Part shown: positions 48,267-56,456 of the stretch, one piece after another
Numbering within the stretch: position 1 is the first letter of the stretch
Layout of the letters: every line of letters starts with the position of its first letter
Origin: Ponticaulis sp.
GTDB taxonomy: Bacteria > Pseudomonadota > Alphaproteobacteria > Caulobacterales > Hyphomonadaceae
Direction: 5' to 3'
Assembly: GCA_002701295.1 (NCBI GenBank)
Contig: NZUJ01000124.1
Location: 53,986-117,985, forward strand
DNA length: 64,000 nt
Program-made: the position numbers and the translations under genes
The notes under the pieces: generated by a model
The model's input: the letters and a program-made list of their open reading frames with translations, nothing else
What the model was told of the DNA's origin: nothing
Database searches by the model: none

Positions 48267-48782
48267 TTGAGTGAGCTAGCTGCTGAAGCTGGCTCACTCT
48301 TCACTTACATACAACGCACAATGGGATCTCAGCTTCTCAAAGCACGCATCACTGCCGTCCTGTGCTTTGCATTGGGCGGCCTGATGCTCTGGGCTGGGTC
48401 ATCGACATCTTCTGGTTTGCCCTCCAGGAACGATCTCGCCTACGTCACCGCAAAAATCGACTATTTTGAGAGAGACCAATACGGGATCGATATCCTTGTA
48501 GGCCAGGTGCTCTGGTTTCGATATCTTTCGAAAACGAGAGACATGGACACGGTCTGGGCAGCGCTGGACACCGGAAAAACCGCCCGGATTGGCTTTGAAC
48601 GTAGAGACATGAGTTCAAATCGTACGATCTTCAGCCTGGAAGTCGACGGCCAGACGGTTAGGTCCTATTCAGATATCGAGGAAGCCTGGCGCGGGGACAA
48701 TCTCATTGCGCTGATTGTCGGCATGGCTTTCATCACCGGCGGGATCTTGTGCTTGTTGGTGTACAGAAAAAGACCAGACTAG
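48267..48782 (+). CDS. Hypothetical 2-TM protein
   Basis: Two TM segments flanking a periplasmic domain. Confidence 0.6.
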   Translation: MSELAAEAGSLFTYIQRTMGSQLLKARITAVLCFALGGLMLWAGSSTSSGLPSRNDLAYVTAKIDYFERDQYGIDILVGQVLWFRYLSKTRDMDTVWAALDTGKTARIGFERRDMSSNRTIFSLEVDGQTVRSYSDIEEAWRGDNLIALIVGMAFITGGILCLLVYRKRPD

Positions 48783-48840
48783 GTCTCACCTGCGACTTTA
48801 GGCAAAATCCATCTCAGCGCGAAGCATCAGAGAGGCTGTG

Positions 48841-48969
48841 CTAATCAGCCACTCCAGCCCCGATGTGTTCATTCAGAAAGCTGATAATTTCCGCCAGCAC
48901 TTCTTCCCGGTCTTCTTCATCCAGAATGCTGTGCCCGCGTCGCACGAAGGTGATCAACTCAACATCCAC
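48841..48969 (-). pseudogene. C-terminal remnant of an S9 peptidase
   Basis: VDVELITFVRRGHSILDEEDREEVLAEIISFLNEHIGAGVAD*; matches the C-termini of the S9 peptidases at 52374 and 56457. Confidence 0.6.
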
Positions 48970-48983
48970 TCAGGTCAATATGA

Positions 48984-50009
48984 CTACGTTTCCCACAAGC
49001 TTGGCGTATATTCGTTGACGAAACTTTCTAACTCTGAGGTGTCTGTCGGCTCTGCGATTGTGATGCCGCGACTAAATGATTTCAGTAGAGGATGCACCTC
49101 TGCATATCGACGCAAAAGCTCAATGTGTAGTCGGGTGCCCTCGGGACTGAAAGCATGGCTAAACGGCTCAAGGTCAAATCGATGTCTTTTGGCGCGCGCA
49201 ATCAGCAACATATTGACTTCATGAAAGATCAGCTTTTGTTGATCAACCGTCACCTGCCAATTCCACGCACACTTGCACACTCCAAACATGGTGGTCATTA
49301 CATACGCCAATCGTACTGAAAATGGTGGGTGCGTTGCAGAGGAAACCGAATTCAATGACCACCTTTCACTCTTGCTCATACTAACGAATAAGGTGACAGA
49401 AACTGAAATAATACGAAGCAAGAATGTTCGAACTTTTTCATTCGTTACGGCAAAAGTATTTTTGAGAACGCCTTCCCAATGCTTTTGATCAAACACAAAA
49501 TGAATCAGCTTGTTGAGAGCACCTAAGTCGGCATCCATCTCTAGCGCGCGTCGGATGTCTTTCTTCTGCTGTTCTGAGTAATTTTGTTTGTAGTTTTCGC
49601 TATTTATTTACCCCAAATGACCGTTCGTTATGTGAGAAACCTCGTGCAACCAGACAAAACAGAAAGTTGCACTGTAGATAAGATCAACAAGCGTCCACTC
49701 TCGGTCACTAATTTCAGAATCTGCAAAATTTGGCGATTTATCTTCAGAAAGCACGTCCCAGAAAATTGACCGGCTTGTTACTTCTTCGAGCACTTGATCC
49801 ATAAGCTTTGCAGGAAGGTCTAGTGAAATCCGAACTGCCGGGATGCCGCCCTCAAGACGAGCGCAAGCTAACTGAGGAAACTGGCCGGCGATTTCAGATC
49901 GAACTTCCACACCATACATCGAGCGAAATCGCCCAATCATAACCTTCTGCAGTATTTCGGATCTCTCCAAAATCAACTCGATGTAAGATTGATCGGTTAA
50001 AGCTCCCAT
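48984..50009 (-). pseudogene. Lit/peptidase U49-like HEXXH zinc peptidase interrupted by an in-frame TAA at 49608-49610
   Basis: Two listed ORFs share one frame: WLHEVSHITNGHLG*INSENY...RRALEMDAD...HPPFSVRL. Confidence 0.7.
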
Positions 50010-50162
50010 GAACGCTCATTCCGCTAGCGCACTCTTGCTGGATCAATTAGCTCCCAGCCAAACGCGCATTTCGCGCGTTAGAGGCATTCTGATTCTTTCT
50101 CTGTTAGTTCAAAGAACTTGCTGACGGCTCGTCGAAATAGCAATGTAATGGATCGAAAAACT

Positions 50163-50498
50163 TTACAACCCGATTAACTTTGGCGGCGCCGCGTGCCGCC
50201 AGGACATCTGAAGCGCCGAACGCGCGGTCATCTCGCCCAGTGCATCCAATCTCATGCTCGTCGCACCTTTATCGCCCCCCCTTGTTCGGGACTTTGAAAA
50301 ATACGTCAGACTCAGCAGCAACCAGCATGGCCTGTTCTTCGGGTGTCAGAAAAATATTCGAGAACTCATGATGCAGCGGCAAAGTCGCAAAGATCTTGCC
50401 TTTCGGTACGTACACACGAAAACCCGCCCACTCGAAGTGCGTTTCTCAATGGCAGACGGGAGTGACAATGCGAGCGTTCTAAGTTCATCGGCCTGCAT
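50163..50498 (-). pseudogene. MmcQ/YjbR family DNA-binding protein with two compensating frameshifts
   Basis: MQADELRTLALSLPSAIEK / HFE..GFRV..KGKIFATL...LTPEEQAMLVAAE...VPNK / GDKGAT...WRHAAPPKL. Confidence 0.75.
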
Positions 50499-50695
50499 CG
50501 CCCAACTCTCCAAACTTCTTCAAACCAGCCCCGCAGTCTAGCCCAATACCTCGCGAACTACAGATGGTGGCGGAGCTGGGACACCATCCCAACCATGTTT
50601 TCTTTGTATAACATTGGAGTGAACTATCGCTTTCCACTCACACGGGGCTGGAAACCTTCGGCGAAATGGTCTTACTGGAGAAAACGGAGGATTTC

Positions 50696-52294
50696 ATGTC
50701 AGATACTACTGTGGGGACAGGCGAGAATACGCCTGACGCGCAAGTAGAGGCAAACAATGAAGGTTTCGGATCACGTGGATACCGAACCTATGTATTGAAC
50801 GCCCTACTCTTCATCTACATTCTAAACTTTATCGATCGCGCTTTATTGTCAGTTGTGGCACGCCCGCTGAAAGCCGAACTCGGCATTTCAGATACAGCTT
50901 TCGGCCTTCTGACAGGATTTGGCTTTGCCTTCCTGTATACGATTGTCGGCATTCCGCTTGCCCGCGTCGCTGAACGACGGAACCGGGTCGCGATTATTGC
51001 GATTTGTGTGGCGCTCTGGTCTCTGATGACAGCCCTCTGTGGCCTTGCGACTGAAATCACCATGCTAGGCGTGACGATTGGCGGCTTCTGGGTGCTGTTG
51101 GCCTGTCGTGTCGGCGTCGGTATTGGCGAGGCAGGCTGCACACCACCTGCGAACTCACTGATCGCCGACTATTATCCGCCGAAGAAACGCTCTTCTGCCA
51201 TGGGCTATTATGCCATGGGCGTTACGCTGGGGACTCTGGGCGCAAACCTGATTGCAGGTCCGGTCGCCGATAACTTCGGATGGCGTTATGCGTTCTTCAT
51301 CCTTGGTATTCCTGGAATTTTCATTGGCCTGCTCCTCTATTTTACCGTCAAGGAACCACCTCGTGGGTATTCGGAACCCGGCGGCGCCAAAAAGGAAGTC
51401 GTTCGCGCGAGCTTCAACGAAGCCTTCAAGGAACTGTTCTCCAAGCCATCTTACTGGTGGATGGTGGCAGGCGCGACCATGGCGGCCTTTTGCGGTTATG
51501 CGATTTCTGCCTTCCAGTCACTCTACATCCAGCGCGCTTTCGGCCTGACGGCTGGCGAAGCATCTGTCTGGTTCAATGTGCCGGCCTATGCAGGCGGCGC
51601 GGTAGGCACATTCCTGCTTGGCTATATTGCGAGCAAAATGAAGTCCTCGAGCGCGGTTGCCTGGCTCTCTGCGGCTGGCCTTATCCTTTGCGTACCGTTT
51701 TTCGGGCTCGCCTTCACCTCTGGTCTCGGCATCATCTGTGTTGCAGGCCTCGCGCTGGGTAATGGTATTAAATACGGCTATCTGGCCGCTCAATATTCGA
51801 TTGCAGCAGGCGTTGTTTCCATGCGCGTGCGCGCGACGTCTACGGCAATCATGCTGTTCGTCGTGAATCTGCTCGGTTATGGCCTCGGCCCACCAGCAGC
51901 TGGCATTGTGTCAGATCTCGCATTTGCCCCCGCGCTTGAAGAAGCCGGCTATACCGAGGTTCTGGACCGCTCAATGTGTGACGCCGCTGAACGGGCGGTC
52001 ATCTTCGCGGAACGCAATGCCCGGATTGAAGCCGGACAAAGCCGGTCTTTCTGGACTGTTCTGACAGAAAATACGTCGAACCGGGAAAGCCCAATCTCTC
52101 TGGATGCCCGGAACGCTGTGTTGTCGGATCTGACGCGCCCTGTCACCGAAGAACAGTTTGTCTTCTGTCAGGAGCACAACCAGTCAAGTACTCGCATGTC
52201 CATGCTGTTCCTGACCGTGCTCTATGCGCTGGCTGGCATCTTCTTTTTCTTCTCAGCCCGCGGCCTGAAGCGCGACATGCCAGACAATGGCTAA
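50696..52294 (+). CDS. MFS transporter (spinster-like)
   Basis: NFIDR, GIPLARVAERRNR (motif A), GIGEAG, DYYPP. Confidence 0.9.
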   Translation: MSDTTVGTGENTPDAQVEANNEGFGSRGYRTYVLNALLFIYILNFIDRALLSVVARPLKAELGISDTAFGLLTGFGFAFLYTIVGIPLARVAERRNRVAIIAICVALWSLMTALCGLATEITMLGVTIGGFWVLLACRVGVGIGEAGCTPPANSLIADYYPPKKRSSAMGYYAMGVTLGTLGANLIAGPVADNFGWRYAFFILGIPGIFIGLLLYFTVKEPPRGYSEPGGAKKEVVRASFNEAFKELFSKPSYWWMVAGATMAAFCGYAISAFQSLYIQRAFGLTAGEASVWFNVPAYAGGAVGTFLLGYIASKMKSSSAVAWLSAAGLILCVPFFGLAFTSGLGIICVAGLALGNGIKYGYLAAQYSIAAGVVSMRVRATSTAIMLFVVNLLGYGLGPPAAGIVSDLAFAPALEEAGYTEVLDRSMCDAAERAVIFAERNARIEAGQSRSFWTVLTENTSNRESPISLDARNAVLSDLTRPVTEEQFVFCQEHNQSSTRMSMLFLTVLYALAGIFFFFSARGLKRDMPDNG

Positions 52295-52317
52295 TCGCCA
52301 AAGACGGCTCTGAACGC

Positions 52318-52348
52318 AAAAGCCCGGCTCGTGCCGGGCTTTTCTTTT
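52318..52348. terminator. Bidirectional terminator
   Basis: AAAAGCCCGGC-tcgt-GCCGGGCTTTT between convergent genes. Confidence 0.85.
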
Positions 52349-52373
52349 GGTCTCGTGAGCCCTGAGTTCAGGC

Positions 52374-54311
52374 TCAGGGCTGCAGCGCTTTATCCACGAA
52401 GCTGATGATTTCCTTCATCGCGTCTACCCGGGAATTTCTGGTCGACAGGCTATGATCCTGCCCACGCAGGATGATGAGATCCACAGACTTCCCGGCATCC
52501 TTCAGCGCATCTTCCATCCGCCGACTCTGGCGGGCGTCCACCACCTGATCCTGATCACCATGGATCAGTAGAACAGGCGCCTGAAAGGCCTCAGCCTTGT
52601 ACTTGGGTGACACCTCTTCCAACTGATCGCGCGCTTCACGCACATCTCCTATCGACTCTGTCCAATAGTCATAAACCCAGTGGTCTCGTCCAAAGGATTT
52701 GAGATCATCGATCAGCATCACTGGCAAATCACTGACGCCTGCAATCGACACGACACATTTGTAGAGATCGGGTGTATAAGCCCCCCCGGCCAGCGCCGCA
52801 TATCCGCCATAGCTCCAGCCGACAATGCAGATGCGCTCTTCATCCACCCAGCCAGAACGGACCAAACCACTGACGCCGTCAGAGATGTCGTCCTGCATGG
52901 CACGCCCCCACTCGCCCTTGCCCGCATCCTGAAAGGACCGACCAAAACCTGATGATCCGCGGAAATTCGGTTGAAAAACGACATAGCCCTGGCTCGCGAA
53001 ATACTGCGCCATCCAGTCAAAGCCCACCTGATCATATGACGCTGGTCCACCATGCGGCAGAACAACCATTGGCAGATCTTTCCGGTCGGCCGAAGACAAT
53101 CCGGGCGGCCAGGTCACAATAGCCGGAATATCAAGCCCATCGCGCGCTTTGTAGGAAATCACCGATGACTGAGCCACATCGGTGCCGCTGACATTGGGGC
53201 GCACATCCAGAAGGATGGAAACGCCACCTGATCCGCGGTCATAAAGAAGATACTGCCCCGAAAACTCGCCTGCCGAAACAAACAACAGAATGCGCGACCA
53301 GTCTTCGCTCCATGAGGCAATGCTTACGGAGGAGGGCTTCAACCCCTCTACGATATCTGCGAGATCGCTGTTCAGGTCCGGGTCAAGCATGGCGTATGAT
53401 GGGCTTGTTCCTGAATAGCGAACCCCATGGACGACGCGGTTTTCATCGATCAGAACCGAGTCAATTTCCTTGTCGACCTCATGAAGAAACGGTCCGGAAA
53501 CCTCACCATCTGACAGCCGCATCAGGAACAGGCCATTCATGTCTGACCCCTCTACACCGCTCAGGATCACAAGCTCGGAACGGTCGGGCGTCAGGCCAAC
53601 AGGAGCCAGCTCCGGTATGGCGACTTCCTGCTCGAATATGGTTGTGGCCGAACCGTCCGAATAGCTGTGGACCGAGTAGATATTGCTCTCATTGTCATAA
53701 TCAATACGGGCCAGCACATCCCCATCCGGCTCAACAAACCAGTCACGCGTGTAAGGCAACCCACGCACCAGAACCTTTCCGCGATCGCTGTCGACCTGAC
53801 CTTCAACAAGTGAATACCGTGCCGTGTCGGTGCGCCCGATATAAGCAGGCATGTAAACCTCTTCCCCGTCATCAGACATGGCAAGGATCCGTCCAAGCCC
53901 TTCCTGCGCCGGGTGAAGGTCTTCCGTGCGATTGATGAGCTGAGTAATTCGCTTCCGTCCCAGTTTCACGCTGAAGGCTGACGCATATTCAAAATCGCCA
54001 CGATAGCCGCGCCGGGACGTCATTTCGGACGCGACCAGAACGACATGCTCATCGCCAGCGAATATCAGATTGCGCGGCTTGAGGTCAGTGACTTCCAGAA
54101 CGCAGTCTGATTGCCCGGAATTCAGATCGTAAATACAGAGGACTTCCTTGTCTCCATCTGACGCTATGACGGCCAGTTGATCACCATCATCAGAAAGGAC
54201 TGCATTTCGATAGGCGGGCGGCGCGGCATAGTCTTCCAGTTTCGGCTGCGCGTTTGCAACAAAAGAGAAGCCACCACAGGCAAACACACAAGCGACCAGA
54301 AATTTACGCAT
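52374..54311 (-). CDS. Secreted S9 family (prolyl oligopeptidase-like) peptidase
   Basis: Signal peptide, LPHGGP, NFRGS, GWSYGG, HGDQD, DH. Confidence 0.9.
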   Translation of the reverse strand: MRKFLVACVFACGGFSFVANAQPKLEDYAAPPAYRNAVLSDDGDQLAVIASDGDKEVLCIYDLNSGQSDCVLEVTDLKPRNLIFAGDEHVVLVASEMTSRRGYRGDFEYASAFSVKLGRKRITQLINRTEDLHPAQEGLGRILAMSDDGEEVYMPAYIGRTDTARYSLVEGQVDSDRGKVLVRGLPYTRDWFVEPDGDVLARIDYDNESNIYSVHSYSDGSATTIFEQEVAIPELAPVGLTPDRSELVILSGVEGSDMNGLFLMRLSDGEVSGPFLHEVDKEIDSVLIDENRVVHGVRYSGTSPSYAMLDPDLNSDLADIVEGLKPSSVSIASWSEDWSRILLFVSAGEFSGQYLLYDRGSGGVSILLDVRPNVSGTDVAQSSVISYKARDGLDIPAIVTWPPGLSSADRKDLPMVVLPHGGPASYDQVGFDWMAQYFASQGYVVFQPNFRGSSGFGRSFQDAGKGEWGRAMQDDISDGVSGLVRSGWVDEERICIVGWSYGGYAALAGGAYTPDLYKCVVSIAGVSDLPVMLIDDLKSFGRDHWVYDYWTESIGDVREARDQLEEVSPKYKAEAFQAPVLLIHGDQDQVVDARQSRRMEDALKDAGKSVDLIILRGQDHSLSTRNSRVDAMKEIISFVDKALQP

Positions 54312-54364
54312 AACGCCCCCTAAACTTAAATGGCGAGCCTAATACTTCTGGATGAAATGCCAAT

Positions 54365-54392
54365 AAAAAACCGGCAATCAGTTGATTGCCGG
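54365..54392 (-). terminator. Terminator after the OmpA-family gene
   Basis: CCGGCAATCA-gt-TGATTGCCGG with an A-run on the + strand. Confidence 0.8.
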
Positions 54393-54421
54393 CTCAGAAT
54401 TTTTATCGAGTCACGTCTGTA

Positions 54422-55072
54422 TCAGACATTGCCTTCTGTGATTGGGGTCAGAACAATCTCAACACGACGGTTCTGCGGGCTTTCGCCTGGAATTCCCGGA
54501 ATTGGTTGGCTTTCGCCACGGCCATAAGCAGCCATCCGTACGGGACGCACCCCCTGCTGGTTCAGATATGTCTGAACCGCAACGGCACGACGCTCTGACA
54601 GATCCATATTGTACTGCTCAGGACCGTCTGTACTCGCGTGGCCGACGATATCAACCGCCGTAGATGGGAACTCACGGAGTGTGGCCGCCAGATCGTTCAG
54701 CGTCGGATAGAAGCTGGACTGAATGTCAGCACTGGACAGAGCAAAAGTGATGTCTGCTGGCGTATTCAGATAGATCTGATCGCCGCGACGTTCGACTTCA
54801 ATGCCCGTACCAGCTGTCTGCGCACGCAGACGCTCTTCCTGACGGTCCATATAGCCGCCAACAGCGCCACCAGCGATCGCACCAACTACAGCGCCGATTG
54901 CCGCGTTGCGGCCATCATCACCACCGGCCAGCGTACCAAGGCCAGCGCCCACAACTGCACCTGAGCCAGCACCAATCAGAACACGGTCACTTGGGCGCTG
55001 CATTGTACCATCTGTTGCGCAACCTGCGACGAGCAGCGCACTGGCTGCCGTCGCGAATAAAATCTTTTTCAT
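54422..55072 (-). CDS. OmpA family lipoprotein with glycine zipper (YiaD-like)
   Basis: VAGC lipobox, glycine zipper, GGYMDRQE, NMDLSERRA, NRRVEI. Confidence 0.9.
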   Translation of the reverse strand: MKKILFATAASALLVAGCATDGTMQRPSDRVLIGAGSGAVVGAGLGTLAGGDDGRNAAIGAVVGAIAGGAVGGYMDRQEERLRAQTAGTGIEVERRGDQIYLNTPADITFALSSADIQSSFYPTLNDLAATLREFPSTAVDIVGHASTDGPEQYNMDLSERRAVAVQTYLNQQGVRPVRMAAYGRGESQPIPGIPGESPQNRRVEIVLTPITEGNV

Positions 55073-55176
55073 CCCGGATCCCTTTCATGTCGTCGAATTT
55101 GTCCGATGGCTCCACAACGCTCCGACAATGCGGATGTTCCATGCTTTACTGAAATGTCATCATTCCCAAACTTTTT

Positions 55177-55216
55177 GACAAGTTCGCTTGACAGACAAGT
55201 GAGCTTTACATAATGT
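55177..55216 (+). promoter_or_regulatory. Sigma70 promoter with two tandem operators
   Basis: TTGACA-N17-TAATGT; GACAAG-N4-CTTGAC and GACAAG-N4-CTTTAC. Confidence 0.6.
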
Positions 55217-55243
55217 CGTGTCACCCAAGTAAAGGAGATACAA

Positions 55244-55654
55244 ATGGCCAACTACACATTCCAACAGGCAAACCGGCGATACAGGAGCGTTTTCTTCCCC
55301 CTTATCGCACTGTACGTTGTCGCCTGCATCGGCGGCGCGCTGCTCTTGAAAACGATGGAAGTTCCGCCGGTCTGGCTGAAGCCTGTCGTCGCCGTCTTCA
55401 CCGTCGCGCCAATCTTTGGCGTGTTCTGGCTGGTATGGCGCTACATTCAGGAAACTGACGAATACACACGGCTCCGCCAACTCGAAGCTCTTTCAATTGG
55501 TGGGATGACCTGCGCCAGCGCAACGGGCGTTGTGGGCTTCCTGGAGCTTTATGATGCCATTCCCGCAGATGCCGTACCGACCTTTCTGTTTCTCCCAGTC
55601 TTCTTTTTCAGCTGGGGCGTTACAAAGTGGCTTCGCGGCGCTGGAGGATGTTGA
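55244..55654 (+). CDS. Hypothetical membrane protein co-transcribed with an XRE regulator
   Basis: About 4 TM, DEYTR motif, AAGGAG RBS. Confidence 0.75.
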   Translation: MANYTFQQANRRYRSVFFPLIALYVVACIGGALLLKTMEVPPVWLKPVVAVFTVAPIFGVFWLVWRYIQETDEYTRLRQLEALSIGGMTCASATGVVGFLELYDAIPADAVPTFLFLPVFFFSWGVTKWLRGAGGC

Positions 55655-55656
55655 TC

Positions 55657-55875
55657 ATGGAAAACAAACTTCGCGTTCTCCGAGCCGAGCGCAAATGGAG
55701 CCAGGCTTTTCTGGCCGAACAACTCGGCGTATCGCGCCAGTCGGTCAATGCGATCGAGACAGGAAAATATGACCCATCTCTTCCACTGGCCTTCGCCATC
55801 TCACGATTATTCAGCCAGCCTATCGAGCAAATTTTTCAGGATGATGCGGCCAACCTGACCGAAGCTGCAGAATAA
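55657..55875 (+). CDS. XRE-family HTH regulator
   Basis: MENKLRVLRAERKWSQAFLAEQLGVSRQSVNAIETGKYDPSLPLAF. Confidence 0.9.
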   Translation: MENKLRVLRAERKWSQAFLAEQLGVSRQSVNAIETGKYDPSLPLAFAISRLFSQPIEQIFQDDAANLTEAAE

Positions 55876-55881
55876 CCCGTC

Positions 55882-55915
55882 ACCGTCATCTGCTACTGCA
55901 CGAGCAGATGGCGGT
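55882..55915. terminator. Hairpin between convergent genes
   Basis: ACCGTCATCTGCT / AGCAGATGGCGGT; no U-run. Confidence 0.5.
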
Positions 55916-56454
55916 TACTCCCGGACAGATACCAGGCGGTCAATTTGCTCGCTGAGCACACCATCGACAACCGGCGCGATCTGGTTCAGCGCCTGAAAGT
56001 CCGCGCCCGTCACGAAATACGTAAATGTGACTTCAGAGGTTCCTTCGATCTCAGACACCTCCTGCACCTCCATGGTCAGAACCGACTGAACGCCCATGCC
56101 TTGCAAAGGACCGAGCGGCGCATCAAACCGCACCATGAATTTTCCACCAAGAAAGCCGCTGGCAATGATCCGGCCATGCTCAACATCACCGTTTGCCCAG
56201 CTTTCGCGCCATTGGCCGCCCACGTCGCGCGAAGTAAGCGACAGGCTCGCCGCGTCGCCCGACCATGTATGCGCAGAGCTCCACCAGTCGGCGATGTCGA
56301 AAATTCGTTCGTATTGATCGAGTGCTTCGATATTGGAACTGCGGGTCAGCTTCAGTTCAAAACCATCAGGCGTGGCATTGACCACATCCGCTTGTGCCAG
56401 AGGTGATATCAGCAGGCCGAAGGCGCCCAAAATGGACAGACAGGTGGTCCTCAT
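55915..56454 (-). CDS. Secreted SRPBCC/START-like hypothetical protein
   Basis: Signal peptide; WWSSAHTWSGDA, GPLQGMG. Confidence 0.65.
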   Translation of the reverse strand: MRTTCLSILGAFGLLISPLAQADVVNATPDGFELKLTRSSNIEALDQYERIFDIADWWSSAHTWSGDAASLSLTSRDVGGQWRESWANGDVEHGRIIASGFLGGKFMVRFDAPLGPLQGMGVQSVLTMEVQEVSEIEGTSEVTFTYFVTGADFQALNQIAPVVDGVLSEQIDRLVSVRE

Positions 56455-56456
56455 GA

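Noticed and set aside
49608-49610. Programmed readthrough of the Lit-like stop
   Set aside because: It is TAA, not the UGA or UAG of Sec/Pyl recoding, and no recoding hairpin is evident; mutation or sequencing error is simpler
50043-50087. 14-codon ORF MPLTREMRVWLGAN upstream of the Lit-like gene
   Set aside because: Too short, weak SD, no evidence of function
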